From assembly GCF_020831925.1 (NCBI RefSeq), contig NZ_JAFIFQ010000005.1, positions 30,541 through 94,540 on the forward strand: a stretch of DNA of 64,000 bases, in the 5' to 3' direction. Positions 22,688-35,389 of the stretch are shown here, piece after piece. Made by a program: the position numbers and the translations under genes. Every line of letters begins with the position of its first letter. Within the stretch, counting starts at the first letter, position 1. Source of the DNA: Alkalimonas sp. GTDB lineage: Bacteria > Pseudomonadota > Gammaproteobacteria > Enterobacterales > Alteromonadaceae. Under the pieces are notes generated by a model, which had not been told where the DNA came from, did not search any database, and worked only from the letters and a program-made list of their open reading frames with translations.

Positions 22688-23993
22688 GAAAAAGGTTCAC
22701 TGGCTGTGGTTACTGCTGTGTTGCTGGGCTGGTTCGGTATGGGCAGCCAGCAATGAAGTGCAAAGTATCCGGATTTGGCCATCACCGGAAAATACACGGG
22801 TCGTGTTTGATTTGGCTGCTGCGCCAGATCAGCGTAGCTTTGCACTGGAGAATCCGCATCGTTTTGTCATTGATCTACGCCAGCACAAAGCCCAGAGCCG
22901 GCTGCCTGCAGCCAGTGGTGATGCCAGTCTGATTCAAAATATCCGTTCCAGCTATACCGCCAACAACCAAACGCTGCGCATCGTGCTGGATTTGTCGGAA
23001 AAAGCCTCTGCCAACGTATTTAGCCTGCCACCGACCGGGCCTTATGGGCATCGGCTGGTGGTTGACTTTAAAGGCGAGCAGCGGGAGCTGCCCGTAGCCC
23101 AGGCCCGGGCACAGCGCCAGCCTGGTCGTGATATTATCATCGCCATCGATGCTGGCCATGGGGGAGAGGACCCAGGCTCCATCGGACCTGCGGGCACTTT
23201 TGAGAAAAACCTGGTGCTGCCAATTGCTCGCCGGCTGGCGGAGCTGATTAATAACGAGCCGGGTATGAAAGCCGTGCTGGTGCGTACCGGCGATTACTTT
23301 GTACACCTGAATCGGCGGACAGATATTGCCCGAGAGATGCAGGCTGATTTGCTGGTCTCGATTCACGCCGATGCCTTTACTTCACCACAACCGCGTGGAG
23401 CTGCTGTCTGGGTATTGTCCTTACGCCGTGCTACCTCGGAAGTAGGTCGAATGCTGGAGCAAAAAGAGCGCCATTCTGAGCTGCTCGGTGGGGTCGGTGA
23501 AATTATCCGCGACTCAACGCAGGAGCGTTATCTGGCGCAAACCGTGCTGGATTTGTCGATGAATCATTCGATGGTGTCGGCGCACCAGGCTGCAACACAT
23601 GTATTGGCTGAGCTTGGGCAAATTACTCGGTTACATCGGCGCGAGCCTCAAGCGGCCAGTTTGGCGGTGCTGCGCTCGCCCGATATCCCATCGATCTTGG
23701 TGGAAGTCGGTTTTATCTCCAACCCGCAGGAAGAGCAGCAGCTTCGTACGGCTCAGCACCAACAGCGTCTGGCGCAATCCATGTTCCAGGGCCTACGCCG
23801 GCATTTTCGCGAATCACCGCCTGCCGACTCCTTGTTTGCGCAGCATCGCTCGCGGGAGCATAGGGTCGAGCGTGGCGAGTCTTTATCGCTGGTTGCTCAG
23901 CGTTACAATGTATCGGTAGAAGCCTTGCGGCAACACAATCAGCTCAATGGCGATACCATCCGTATCGGCCAGGTGCTGCGGATCCCAGACTAA
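22668..23993 (+). CDS. amiB: N-acetylmuramoyl-L-alanine amidase with AMIN and C-terminal LysM domains
   Basis: [24 protein letters not shown]; Lys[17 protein letters not shown]. Confidence 0.93.
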   Translation: MRMKNDKKKVHWLWLLLCCWAGSVWAASNEVQSIRIWPSPENTRVVFDLAAAPDQRSFALENPHRFVIDLRQHKAQSRLPAASGDASLIQNIRSSYTANNQTLRIVLDLSEKASANVFSLPPTGPYGHRLVVDFKGEQRELPVAQARAQRQPGRDIIIAIDAGHGGEDPGSIGPAGTFEKNLVLPIARRLAELINNEPGMKAVLVRTGDYFVHLNRRTDIAREMQADLLVSIHADAFTSPQPRGAAVWVLSLRRATSEVGRMLEQKERHSELLGGVGEIIRDSTQERYLAQTVLDLSMNHSMVSAHQAATHVLAELGQITRLHRREPQAASLAVLRSPDIPSILVEVGFISNPQEEQQLRTAQHQQRLAQSMFQGLRRHFRESPPADSLFAQHRSREHRVERGESLSLVAQRYNVSVEALRQHNQLNGDTIRIGQVLRIPD

Positions 23994-25774
23994 TGCCAAT
24001 TCAGATTTTGCCGCCGCAGCTAGCCAATCAGATTGCGGCGGGAGAGGTCGTCGAACGCCCTGCCTCTGTGGTGAAGGAGCTGGTGGAAAATGCGTTGGAT
24101 GCTGGTGCCAGCCAAATCGATATTGATATTGAGAAAGGCGGTGCCCGACTGATCCGCATCCGGGATAACGGTTGCGGTATTGCTCAGCAGGAACTAACCC
24201 TGGCGTTAAGCCGCCATGCCACCAGTAAAATCAGCAGTCTGGATGATTTGGAGCGGATACTTAGCCTGGGTTTTCGTGGTGAAGCCCTGGCCAGTATCAG
24301 TTCGGTGGCTCGTTTAAGCTTGACCTCGCGGCCAGCCAATCAAGAGACTGGCTGGCAAGCCAGTGCCGAAGGACGGGATATGCACGTTCAGCTGCGTCCA
24401 GCCGCTCACCCAGTGGGCAGCACGGTCGAGGTGCTGGATTTATTTTTCAATACGCCGGCCCGTCGTAAATTTCTGCGTACCGAGAAAACCGAATTTTTCC
24501 ATATCGATGAGCTGATTAAACGGCTGGCACTTAGTCGTTTTGATGTGGGGTGGACACTCAGTCACAACGGCCAGCCGGTGCGACGTTTAAAAGCCGCCAG
24601 TACTGCCGCCCAACAATTGCAGCGGGTGGGCAGTCTTTGTGGCCGACGCTTTGCCGACAGCGCCTGCTGGATTGAAAACCAACACCAGCAATTGAAGCTC
24701 TGGGGTTGGTTGTTACCGCCTGCAGCCATCGAGCGGCAAGCCGGCTGCCAGTACAGTTACGTTAATGGCCGGATGATGCGCGATAAATTGCTCAATCATG
24801 CCATCCGGCAAGCCTATGGCGAACATTTAAGCGACGATCAGCAACCGGTTTTTGTGCTGTATCTGGAGCTGCCAGCGACGGAAGTGGATGTGAATGTGCA
24901 CCCGGCCAAGCATGAGGTGCGTTTTCATCAGGCCCGTTTGGTGCACGACTTTGTTGCCAGTGCGCTTGGCGATGCCCTGGCGCAGTTGCAGCCTGAGGCA
25001 TTGATTACGGCTACAACGCCGGTCAGTATGCAAGCGCAAGCAGAGCCGGCATTGTCAGCGGTTTGGAAAACACCTCCAGGCCCTGGACAAACCGCCACTG
25101 CCCGCAGTAGCCGTAGTTATAATCCACCCGCGAAACCAGCGGCTGCAGAGGTCGCGCGCCAGTTGCAGTACTTGGATGCTCTGCAGCAAGGCAGCCAGCA
25201 ACATGAGGTCAGTCAGCTGCAGGATGCAGGCAAGGCTTCCTATGTGCTGGCGCCGCAGACAGAAACCGTAAGCGCATCAGCGCCGGCTGCAGCGACACCC
25301 TGGTCGGTGCAAAATCGCTTTTTGCTGCTGCAATGCGATGAGGGCATCCAGCTACGTAGCCTGGCCAAAGGCATGGCGCTGCTGTGCCAGGCCACGACAA
25401 ACGAGCGTCCTGCTGGCAAAACCTTGCTGGTACCGATGCGGCTGGCCGTCAGCCCGGAGGAAGTGACGTTATTACAACAGCTGGCCGATAGGCTGGTTGG
25501 GCTGGGCTTTGATTTACTGCTGCGTGATCAGTTGCTGATTGTGCGGGCCGTGCCGCTTTGGTTGCAACGCAGTCCATTGCAACAGTGCCTGCTGCCGTTT
25601 TTCCAGCAATTGCAACAGAACGATTTGGCCGGCGCCATCGATATACTGCTAAAGGCGCATTGGCTTCAGGCCGATACCCTTATACACTATCAGCCAGAAC
25701 TGTTGAGTGATGGATTAGAAGCCGCCACTGTAGCCATTGATATCAACCCGGCCGTTCAGGCACTGGAGCAATAA
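23993..25774 (+). CDS. mutL: Mismatch repair protein MutL
   Basis: [37 protein letters not shown]. Confidence 0.97.
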   Translation: MPIQILPPQLANQIAAGEVVERPASVVKELVENALDAGASQIDIDIEKGGARLIRIRDNGCGIAQQELTLALSRHATSKISSLDDLERILSLGFRGEALASISSVARLSLTSRPANQETGWQASAEGRDMHVQLRPAAHPVGSTVEVLDLFFNTPARRKFLRTEKTEFFHIDELIKRLALSRFDVGWTLSHNGQPVRRLKAASTAAQQLQRVGSLCGRRFADSACWIENQHQQLKLWGWLLPPAAIERQAGCQYSYVNGRMMRDKLLNHAIRQAYGEHLSDDQQPVFVLYLELPATEVDVNVHPAKHEVRFHQARLVHDFVASALGDALAQLQPEALITATTPVSMQAQAEPALSAVWKTPPGPGQTATARSSRSYNPPAKPAAAEVARQLQYLDALQQGSQQHEVSQLQDAGKASYVLAPQTETVSASAPAAATPWSVQNRFLLLQCDEGIQLRSLAKGMALLCQATTNERPAGKTLLVPMRLAVSPEEVTLLQQLADRLVGLGFDLLLRDQLLIVRAVPLWLQRSPLQQCLLPFFQQLQQNDLAGAIDILLKAHWLQADTLIHYQPELLSDGLEAATVAIDINPAVQALEQ

Positions 25775-25775
25775 G

Positions 25776-26702
25776 ATGCCAGAGCAAACTCCGGTTGTAT
25801 TTTTGATGGGGCCAACGGCATCCGGCAAAACAGCACTGGCATTGGCGCTGGCGGCGGAGCTTCCGGTTGATATCATCAGTGTTGACAGTGCCTTGATTTA
25901 CCGGGGTATGGATATTGGTACAGCCAAGCCGTCAGCAGAAGAACTGGCGGCGGCACCCCATTATTTGATTGATATTAAAGATCCAGCCGAGGCGTATTCA
26001 GCCGCAGATTTTCGCAGCGATGCATTGGCCTGCATTGAACGCAGCCAACAGCGGGGCCGTTTGCCACTGCTGGTAGGCGGTACCATGTTGTATTTCAAAG
26101 CGCTGTTGCAAGGCATTTCACCCTTACCGGCGGCAGACCCACAAATCAGGGCTGAGTTGGAACAGGAAGCACAGGAAAAAGGCTGGGAGGCACTGCATCA
26201 GGAACTTTCCGTCATTGACCCTGTCTCAGCTGCTCGGATACATCCAAATGATCCACAGCGTATTAACCGGGCGCTGGAGGTCTATCGCATCAGCGGTCAG
26301 ACCATGACGGAGCTAACGGCACAGCAAGGCAGTGCCTTGCCCTTTCCGGTTCGGCAATTTGCGATAGCGCCGACCGATCGGGCCGAGCTGCACAGACGTA
26401 TAGAATTACGCTTCATGCAAATGCTGGCAGCTGGCTTTGAGCAGGAAGTGCAACAACTTAAGCAGCGGGGTGACTTGCATCTGCAATTGCCATCGATGCG
26501 CTGTGTAGGCTACCGACAGATGTGGCATTATCTGGATGGTGCTATCGATCACCAGCAGATGCAACAACAAGGAATTGCCGCTACCCGGCAACTGGCTAAG
26601 CGACAATTGACCTGGTTGCGGGGCTGGCAGAATGTAAACTGGTTGAAAACTGAAGCAAAACTGACGGAAAACTTGCAAGCGGTGTTAACTTCGCTAAGCT
26701 AA
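25776..26702 (+). CDS. miaA: tRNA dimethylallyltransferase
   Basis: [26 protein letters not shown]. Confidence 0.97.
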   Translation: MPEQTPVVFLMGPTASGKTALALALAAELPVDIISVDSALIYRGMDIGTAKPSAEELAAAPHYLIDIKDPAEAYSAADFRSDALACIERSQQRGRLPLLVGGTMLYFKALLQGISPLPAADPQIRAELEQEAQEKGWEALHQELSVIDPVSAARIHPNDPQRINRALEVYRISGQTMTELTAQQGSALPFPVRQFAIAPTDRAELHRRIELRFMQMLAAGFEQEVQQLKQRGDLHLQLPSMRCVGYRQMWHYLDGAIDHQQMQQQGIAATRQLAKRQLTWLRGWQNVNWLKTEAKLTENLQAVLTSLS

Positions 26703-26796
26703 ACTCGGGACGCAAAAAAATAGTCAGTTGTTTAACTTGAAAAATCTAAATGAATCCATAGATCAAGCGGACTTATAACAATAAGGAATGCGGCAC

Positions 26797-27057
26797 ATGG
26801 CAAAAGGCCAATCATTACAGGATCCTTTCCTGAACACTTTACGGCGGGAGCGTATCCCGGTTTCTATCTATCTGGTCAATGGTATTAAATTGCAGGGGCA
26901 GGTTGAGTCTTTTGATCAATTCGTCATTCTGTTAAAGAATACAGTCAGCCAAATGGTTTACAAACATGCCATTTCAACGGTGGTGCCTTCGCGGGCAGTG
27001 AACACCATGATGGCTCACGCCAACAGCGGGAGCGACTCTGACGAAGCAGACGATTAA
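26797..27057 (+). CDS. hfq: RNA chaperone Hfq
   Basis: [16 protein letters not shown], acidic tail. Confidence 0.99.
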   Translation: MAKGQSLQDPFLNTLRRERIPVSIYLVNGIKLQGQVESFDQFVILLKNTVSQMVYKHAISTVVPSRAVNTMMAHANSGSDSDEADD

Positions 27058-27100
27058 CCCCTCCGCAGCAACAGGGCCAAACAGCCCGGATCCATCGGGT

Positions 27101-28381
27101 ATGGATCTGGAACGGGCAGTGCTGGTTCAGGTCGAGTTTTCTGCGCAAAGGCAGCAGGAATCTTTGCACGAACTTGTATTGCTGGCTCGATCGGCGGGTG
27201 TCGAGGTGGTGGATACGGTGCGTTGTCGCAGGCAGCGACCGGACAGCCGTTATTACGTTGGTTCAGGCATTGCACAATCTCTGGCAGAGCACGTCATTGC
27301 ATCCGAACTGACGGTCCTTATATTTAATCACGATCTGAGTCCGGCGCAGACTCGCAATCTGGAACGTTGTTGTCAGTGCCGTGTAATTGACCGTACCACC
27401 CTGATCCTGGATATTTTTTCGCAGCGGGCCCGCAGCTACGAAGGCAAGCTGCAGGTAGAACTGGCACAACTGCGGCATTTATCGTCGCGTTTGGTGCGTG
27501 GCTGGGATAATGCCGAGCGGCAAAAAGGCGGCATTGGTTTACGTGGCCCGGGCGAAACCAAACTGGAAACGGATCGGCGCTTGCTGCGTCAGCGTGTTAC
27601 TGCTTTGCGTCAGCGGTTGGATAAAATGACGAAGCAGCGCGAGCAAGGCCGTCAAGCCAGGCATAGAGCTGCAGTGCCTGTGTTGGCATTGGTCGGTTAT
27701 ACCAATGCTGGTAAGTCCTCATTGTTTAATCGCCTGACGCAAGCCAATGTCCATGCGGCAGATCAACTGTTTGCCACCCTGGATCCTACTTTACGCCGTC
27801 TGGAGCTGGCTCATTTTGGTGATGTCGTGCTGGCCGATACCGTTGGCTTTATCCGTGAGTTGCCTCACGATTTGGTTGCCGCATTCAAATCCACCTTGCA
27901 GGAAACTCAGGATGCTGATCTGGTGCTGTTGGTGGTGGATTATGCCGATGGCGATTATCCAGCGAAGTTGGCACAGGTGCAAAAAGTGCTGGCCGAAATT
28001 GAAGCCTCCGAGGTGCCACAACTGCTGGTTTGGAATAAAATTGATCAGTGTGCGCTGGCTCCCCGTATTGATCGTGACGAAGACGACTTACCACAGGCGG
28101 TGTATTTGTCGGCGCAGACCGGGGAAGGGGTGCCACTGTTGCTGGACGCTATCCGACAGCGGTTGGCGCAGCACTATTTACGCCTGACACTATCCTTGCC
28201 GGCTGATGCTGGTATCTGGCGGGCGCGCTTGCATCAATTGCATGCAGTTGAACAGGAGCACTTTACCGAGCAGGGTACAACGGAACTGCGCATCAGTGTT
28301 TCAGCGACCGATTGGGGACGTTTGCTGCAGCAAAGTAAAGGCAGACTGGAAAACTATATCGTCAGCGAACCGCTTTTTTGA
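27101..28381 (+). CDS. hflX: Ribosome-splitting GTPase HflX
   Basis: GYTNAGKS, DTVGF, NKID. Confidence 0.95.
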   Translation: MDLERAVLVQVEFSAQRQQESLHELVLLARSAGVEVVDTVRCRRQRPDSRYYVGSGIAQSLAEHVIASELTVLIFNHDLSPAQTRNLERCCQCRVIDRTTLILDIFSQRARSYEGKLQVELAQLRHLSSRLVRGWDNAERQKGGIGLRGPGETKLETDRRLLRQRVTALRQRLDKMTKQREQGRQARHRAAVPVLALVGYTNAGKSSLFNRLTQANVHAADQLFATLDPTLRRLELAHFGDVVLADTVGFIRELPHDLVAAFKSTLQETQDADLVLLVVDYADGDYPAKLAQVQKVLAEIEASEVPQLLVWNKIDQCALAPRIDRDEDDLPQAVYLSAQTGEGVPLLLDAIRQRLAQHYLRLTLSLPADAGIWRARLHQLHAVEQEHFTEQGTTELRISVSATDWGRLLQQSKGRLENYIVSEPLF

Positions 28382-28419
28382 TACATTAACCCAAATTGCA
28401 ATATTGAGTGGAGTAGACC

Positions 28420-29580
28420 ATGGCTTGGAATGAGCCGGGCAAGAATGGCAAAGATAACGACCCTTGGAAACAAGGGGGTCGTGATCAAGGCCCGCCCGAT
28501 TTAGATGAAGTGTTTCGTAATTTTGGTAAGAAGTTTGGTGGCATCTTTGGCGGCTCTGGCGGGGGCAACCAAAGTTCCTCTGGTGGCGGCTCTATATCTA
28601 CCTTGCTCTTGCTGGTGGCTATTGTAGCGGCGTTGGTCTGGGCCTTCAGTGGATTTTACACCATCAAAGAATCCGAGCGGGGAGTGATCCTGCGTTTCGG
28701 TCAGTACCATACCGAAGTGGGGGCAGGCATTCACTGGAAACCCACCTTTATTGATCAGGTGCGACCGGTCGATATCGCCAGTGTTCGCTCTTTCCGAACC
28801 GATGGCTTTATGCTGACCCAGGATCAGAATCTGGTGCGGGTGACCTTTGAAATTCAGTACCGGGTGTTTGATGCGCGCTCTTACCTGTTCTCGGTGGTGA
28901 ACGCAGACAACAGCCTGCAGGAAGCGACCGACGCAGCTTTGCGTTTTGTGATTGGTCACTCGCTGATGGATGATATCCTGACTCGTGGCCGGGAAGTGGT
29001 GCGGCAAAATACCCGCCAGGAACTGGAAACCATCATAACGCCATACCAGATGGGTCTGACCCTGGTGGATGTCAACTTCCGTGATGCCCGTCCACCGGAA
29101 GAAGTGCGTGATGCTTTCGATGATGCCATAGCAGCACAGGAAGATCAGGAACGTTTTGTGCGTGAAGCAGAAGCCTATGCCCGTGAAATTGAACCTCGTG
29201 CCCGTGGTCAGGTGAACCGGATCATGCAAGAAGCAGAAGCCTATCGCCAACAGGTGATTTTACGCGCCCAGGGGGAAGTGGCTCGGTTCGAGCAGTTGCT
29301 GCCTCAGTATCTGGCTGCACCGCGTGTGACCCGTGAGCGTTTGTATCTGGAAACCATGGAAGAAGTGTACAGCAACACCTCTAAAGTCTTGATCGATGTC
29401 AGCAGCGGCAACAACATCATGTACTTGCCACTGGATCAAATGTTAAAAGGTGGTGCGGGTGGTTCCGGCTCGTCCAGCGCCTTGCCAGTAACGCCTCCGC
29501 GTTCTTTGCAGGACTCGCAAAATACCGCTCCGCGGCAGGATGGCATTCGTGGCACCACAACTCGTGATGGGAGACGTTAA
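28420..29580 (+). CDS. hflK: FtsH modulator HflK
   Basis: MAWNEPG, GPPDLDE, SPFH domain. Confidence 0.97.
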   Translation: MAWNEPGKNGKDNDPWKQGGRDQGPPDLDEVFRNFGKKFGGIFGGSGGGNQSSSGGGSISTLLLLVAIVAALVWAFSGFYTIKESERGVILRFGQYHTEVGAGIHWKPTFIDQVRPVDIASVRSFRTDGFMLTQDQNLVRVTFEIQYRVFDARSYLFSVVNADNSLQEATDAALRFVIGHSLMDDILTRGREVVRQNTRQELETIITPYQMGLTLVDVNFRDARPPEEVRDAFDDAIAAQEDQERFVREAEAYAREIEPRARGQVNRIMQEAEAYRQQVILRAQGEVARFEQLLPQYLAAPRVTRERLYLETMEEVYSNTSKVLIDVSSGNNIMYLPLDQMLKGGAGGSGSSSALPVTPPRSLQDSQNTAPRQDGIRGTTTRDGRR

Positions 29581-29583
29581 GGC

Positions 29584-30462
29584 ATGAAAAATTTAATTGT
29601 AGCAATCCTGGTGGTTGCCGGCCTGATCCTGTCTTCGGCGCTCTTTGTGGTGCCGGAAGGTGAGCGGGCCATCGTGATCCAGTTCGGTAAGATTCAGCGT
29701 GATGCTGCCGGCGATGTGCAGGTGTTTGAGCCAGGCCTGCATTTTAAAATTCCGATGATTGAAACCGTGCGTAAGCTGGATGCGCGGGTACAAACCCTGG
29801 ATGATCCGGCCGATCGCTTTGTGACCGCAGAAAAGAAAGACTTGTTGGTCAACAGCTATGTTAAATGGCGCATTCGTGACTTTGGTCAGTACTTCTTAAG
29901 TACCGGTGGCAATACCCAGCAAGCTGAAGTGCTGTTAAAGCAGTACATCAACAACGGTTTGCGGACCGAGTTTGGTACCCGTACCATTCCGGAAATTGTC
30001 TCTGGTGAGCGGACCGAGTTGATGGAGAGCGCCCTGCAGCAAGCTGGTATTGCGGCAGCTGAGCTTGGCATTGAAGTCATTGACGTACGGGTGAAGCAAA
30101 TTAACCTGCCGGATGAAATCAGTATTTCCATCTTTGCCCGGATGCGGGCCGAGCGTCAGGCGGTTGCCCGTGAGCATCGCTCACGCGGTATGGAAGAAGC
30201 CGAAAAGATCCGGGCTGATGTCGATGCCCGTATCACCGTTATGCTGGCCGATGCAGAGCGTAACTCACGCACCGTGCGCGGTGAAGGGGATGCACAGGCA
30301 GCCAACATCTATGCGGATACCTACAACCAGGATGCGGAGTTCTTCTCCTTTATCCGTAGCTTAGAAGCGTACAAGCGCAGCTTCCGCAGTAAGGACGATG
30401 TGTTGGTGATTCAACCGGACAGCGACTTCTTCAAACACATGAAGACGATACAACGTCAATAA
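29584..30462 (+). CDS. hflC: FtsH modulator HflC
   Basis: N-terminal TM, PGLHFKIP, RMRAER; terminator at 30474-30500. Confidence 0.97.
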   Translation: MKNLIVAILVVAGLILSSALFVVPEGERAIVIQFGKIQRDAAGDVQVFEPGLHFKIPMIETVRKLDARVQTLDDPADRFVTAEKKDLLVNSYVKWRIRDFGQYFLSTGGNTQQAEVLLKQYINNGLRTEFGTRTIPEIVSGERTELMESALQQAGIAAAELGIEVIDVRVKQINLPDEISISIFARMRAERQAVAREHRSRGMEEAEKIRADVDARITVMLADAERNSRTVRGEGDAQAANIYADTYNQDAEFFSFIRSLEAYKRSFRSKDDVLVIQPDSDFFKHMKTIQRQ

Positions 30463-30515
30463 ACCATGTACATAAAAAAGAGGCCCCGCGGGGCCTTTTT
30501 GTTAGGTAAATCATT

Positions 30516-31691
30516 ATGTATCAACATTTGTATCAGCACTTTTTGCAGGGGCATCAGGGCAAGCAACACTTTGCCAGTCACTCCCACCACTTCTGGCCGG
30601 ATGTCACCCGCCAGGCCATGCTGGACTACTGGGACTTAAGCGCGCGCAGCTCCGATGAAAAGTGGCAAACCATCTTTGGCGAGGTGTTGCCGCAAACGCA
30701 GCAATTACTGGCAGCCCAGCTGGGCAGCCAACAACCGCAGCAACTGGTGTTCGCGCCCAATACCCATGAGCTGGTGATGCGTTTGCTCAGTTGTTTTGAC
30801 TGGCGCCAACCCATCCGCATCCTGACAAGCGACAGTGAGTTTTACAGTTTCCAGCGCCAGGTGAGCAGGCTGCAGGAAGACAACCTGGTGCAACTGACGG
30901 TGATTCCAACCGAACCCTTCACTGACTTTGAGCAGCGTTTTGTCGCAGCAGCGGCCAGTCAGGAATTTGAGTTGATTTTCTGCAGCCAGGTGTTTTTTAA
31001 TTCCGGTGTGGCACTGGCAGATTTAACAGCCTTTGTTCAGCAGTTGGCCGCAGTGTCACAAGCGATGATTGCCATTGACGGTTATCATGCCTTTATGGCT
31101 TTGCCAGTGGATTTGTCGGCCATTGAATCGCGTATCTTTTATCTGGCTGGCAGCTACAAGTATGCTCAGGCGGGTGAGGGCTGTTGTTTCATGCTCTGCC
31201 CAAAGGATAACTCCTACCGACCGCTTTATACCGGTTGGTTTGCTGAGTTTGGTACTTTAAGTGCAGAGCGTGGTGAGCGGGTGCCATACAGTACCGATGG
31301 CTTTCGTTTTGCCGGCGCTACCATGGACTTCAGTGCTCTGTTTCGTTTGCATGCAGTGCTGCGTTTATTGCACAGCGAGCAGATCAGTGTCAGCCGCATT
31401 CATCACTATGTGCAGCAGCTGCAACAGGCTTTTTTACAACAGCTCAGCACCTTGTCACAGACGGCACTGAGCAATGAACAGCTGTTGCAGCGCGATGTGC
31501 AGCACCACGGTCATTTTTTCACCTTTGCTCTGCCAACAGCCGATGAGGCTGCAGCGCTGGCTGATTTTTTAAAGCAACATCATATTCTTACGGATTACCG
31601 TGGCAACCGATTGCGTTTTGGTTTTGCCCTCTATCAATGCGCTGAACAGTTCGATTTGCGCTGTCTGGAGCGATTTACGACGAGTAACTGA
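30516..31691 (+). CDS. Class V PLP-dependent aminotransferase, kynureninase-like
   Basis: IDGYH aspartate, AGSYKY PLP lysine, P..TGWF motif. Confidence 0.75.
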   Translation: MYQHLYQHFLQGHQGKQHFASHSHHFWPDVTRQAMLDYWDLSARSSDEKWQTIFGEVLPQTQQLLAAQLGSQQPQQLVFAPNTHELVMRLLSCFDWRQPIRILTSDSEFYSFQRQVSRLQEDNLVQLTVIPTEPFTDFEQRFVAAAASQEFELIFCSQVFFNSGVALADLTAFVQQLAAVSQAMIAIDGYHAFMALPVDLSAIESRIFYLAGSYKYAQAGEGCCFMLCPKDNSYRPLYTGWFAEFGTLSAERGERVPYSTDGFRFAGATMDFSALFRLHAVLRLLHSEQISVSRIHHYVQQLQQAFLQQLSTLSQTALSNEQLLQRDVQHHGHFFTFALPTADEAAALADFLKQHHILTDYRGNRLRFGFALYQCAEQFDLRCLERFTTSN

Positions 31692-31736
31692 CTTTTTTTC
31701 AGCCATCCAGATGCAGTTTGCTCAGAGTTTTGGTAG

Positions 31737-33074
<1,338 letters not shown>

Positions 33075-33163
33075 TTTTTTGTGATGTTCGGTTCCTTAAA
33101 AAGCTGCCATTAGGGCAGCTTTTTTTATATGATACACAATCAGGTAAATATGAGGTTGCTAAA

Positions 33164-34567
33164 ATGAAGTTGTATCTTGTTGTATTTGCATCGCTTTTGT
33201 TGGTCGCCTGTGGTGGATCTGGTTCTAATTCATCAGGGGCCACCGGCGGTCCTCCACCACCAACGGGCCCAAATCAAAGTCAATTTTCAGGGGCAAATTG
33301 TCCTTCTTACGTGACGGCTAACGCCGAAGCCTTTTGCCTGATGTTTCGTTACTACCTTTGGTACCGCGAGATGCCGCAAACGGTCAATTTAACACAATTT
33401 AATTCCACCAATCAGTTGGTGCAGGCACTAAGTGCGCCGAATGATCGGTTTAGCTACACCATGTCGGCAGCGGACTATCAGTCGCGCTTTATCGATGCCC
33501 GTTTTTTTGGGTTTGGCATGTCATTTCGGATCGTCGATAGCGACAGCGCTTTGCTGGTTCGTTTCGTCTACGATGATGGTTCAGCGGCTGAAAACGGCTT
33601 GCGTCGTGGAGACCGCATCACGGAGATTGAAGGCAAGTCCATTGCTGAGTGGTATGCCGATATAGATGCAGGACGTGCCACCAATGACGATATGTTTGGC
33701 CCCAATGATGATGGCGTGATGCGCAATTTCGTTTGGACTAAACCGGATGGTACAGTAATGCAATCCGATTTTATCAAGCGCGAAGTAACCACCAATACTG
33801 TGTTGCATCGCTCTGTGATTGAAGAAGCAGGCAAGCGGGTTGGTTATCTGGTGTTTAATTCCTTTATTGAACTGTCGGAAACCGAGCTGGAGCAAGCATT
33901 TAGCTACTTCAAACAACAAAATATCGATGAGTTAGTTGTGGATGTTCGTTACAACGGTGGTGGCCTGATTCGGGTGGCAAGCCAGCTTGCATCCCACATT
34001 GCCTGGCCAGCGGTGCAAGGGAAAACCTTTGTGACCTTTGCTTATAACGATAAGAATAGCCACAAAAATCAAACATCCCTGTTCACCAATGTGGAGTTGA
34101 GGAATCTTACTGCCCTTGGGTTAGATCGCGTGCATGTGCTTACAACGCCTGGTTCTTGTTCCTCTAGCGAAATTTTAATCAACTCTTTATCTCCTTTTAT
34201 TGATGTGGTGCAAATTGGTGAGGTAACTTGTGGCAAACCTGTCGGCCAACAGCCAGAGTTTTTCGATGCACGTAATCAAGTGATGTTTGCGGTGAATTTC
34301 CAGACAGTGAATGCGGACGGTTTTGGTGACTACTTTGAAGGCCTGATGCCAAATTGCCCTGCCCGGGAAACCATCCCGGGTGATTGGGGGGTAACTTCAG
34401 AAGCCTTGTTAAAGGAGGCGCTGTATTATGTAGCGAACGGTAGCTGCTCGGACAGCTCACAGCAGTTGTTTGACAGCTTGTTGTTGCAAGCAGACGGGCC
34501 TGTGCGTCTGACAGCGCCGAAGCAAAACCTGGCGCAGCCATTCTGGCAGCAGTGGAATGAACACTAA
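33164..34567 (+). CDS. S41-family (C-terminal processing type) peptidase lipoprotein with PDZ domain
   Basis: Lipobox LLVAC; GFGM and GLRRGDRI PDZ; DVRYNGGG, SCSSSE, GEVTCGK. Confidence 0.85.
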   Translation: MKLYLVVFASLLLVACGGSGSNSSGATGGPPPPTGPNQSQFSGANCPSYVTANAEAFCLMFRYYLWYREMPQTVNLTQFNSTNQLVQALSAPNDRFSYTMSAADYQSRFIDARFFGFGMSFRIVDSDSALLVRFVYDDGSAAENGLRRGDRITEIEGKSIAEWYADIDAGRATNDDMFGPNDDGVMRNFVWTKPDGTVMQSDFIKREVTTNTVLHRSVIEEAGKRVGYLVFNSFIELSETELEQAFSYFKQQNIDELVVDVRYNGGGLIRVASQLASHIAWPAVQGKTFVTFAYNDKNSHKNQTSLFTNVELRNLTALGLDRVHVLTTPGSCSSSEILINSLSPFIDVVQIGEVTCGKPVGQQPEFFDARNQVMFAVNFQTVNADGFGDYFEGLMPNCPARETIPGDWGVTSEALLKEALYYVANGSCSDSSQQLFDSLLLQADGPVRLTAPKQNLAQPFWQQWNEH

Positions 34568-34688
34568 CCTCTGAAGCTGCGTAAAGAAGGCCAACCAACA
34601 GAGTTGGCCTTTTTTTTGCTATATTTTTATACTAAGCAGCTAACGTGCAGAGGTGTTGCTCTGCAACCAACCAGCCAGGCGAGATAAG

Positions 34689-35324
34689 ATGAGACGGTTT
34701 TTATATGCAGCAGTGTTCGCTAGTGTGTTGCTAAGTGGCCTTGGATTGGCAGAAGAAGTGCGTATTCGCCAGTTAGAAGCGGTGCAGCTGTATACCCAGG
34801 ATGAGCTGTTGGCACTGATCCGAACCAACAGTCATTTGCGCCGGGTGCAGGACGACGATTGCCAGCTGGTGCGGGATATTGAAGCCCGTGCGGATATTAT
34901 GAAGCTTCCAGCTTATCAGTTTTTGTGGGGCGATATGTTGGCTTATGCGGTTTGTGTGCCGCGGGATATTGAGCGGGGTTGGCAGTTGATGCAGGACTCC
35001 GCTGCTCAGGGTTTGCCGGAGGGACTGGAACAAGTGGGGCGTTATTACCACATTGGTCGCTTTGTTCAGCCCGATGCTGAAAAAGCCATAGTCTATTTGC
35101 GTGAAGCGGCCGCTCTTGGCAATTTACCGGCTACTATTCGGTTGGCGGAGATCTTGCTTGGCGATGCTGGCAGCCCGCGTGATTACGAGCAGGTCTATCG
35201 CTGGTTGCACCATTCCGTGACTGCGGATAGCACAACGCATCAGAAAATCAGCCAGTTACTTCGTCAGTTCGAACAGCGGATGCCTGAACGGGTGGTGCAA
35301 CGGGCGCGCCGCCCAGTGTCCTGA
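34689..35324 (+). CDS. motX: Polar flagellar motor protein MotX (Sel1 repeats)
   Basis: CQLVRDIEARA, YQFLWGDMLA..VCV, AQGLPEGLEQVGRYY, YLREAAALGN match Vibrio-type MotX. Confidence 0.85.
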   Translation: MRRFLYAAVFASVLLSGLGLAEEVRIRQLEAVQLYTQDELLALIRTNSHLRRVQDDDCQLVRDIEARADIMKLPAYQFLWGDMLAYAVCVPRDIERGWQLMQDSAAQGLPEGLEQVGRYYHIGRFVQPDAEKAIVYLREAAALGNLPATIRLAEILLGDAGSPRDYEQVYRWLHHSVTADSTTHQKISQLLRQFEQRMPERVVQRARRPVS

Positions 35325-35389
35325 ATGTCATACAAGGATCCGCTGAAGGTGTTACACTGAAGATTAGTTAGGTTACAGAAGGGTCATGC

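Noticed and set aside
26700-26720. GGGACGCAAA resembling part of a c-di-GMP-I riboswitch
   Set aside because: The GGCAAAC/GAAA first hairpin and the second stem are absent; it lies in the miaA-hfq spacer.
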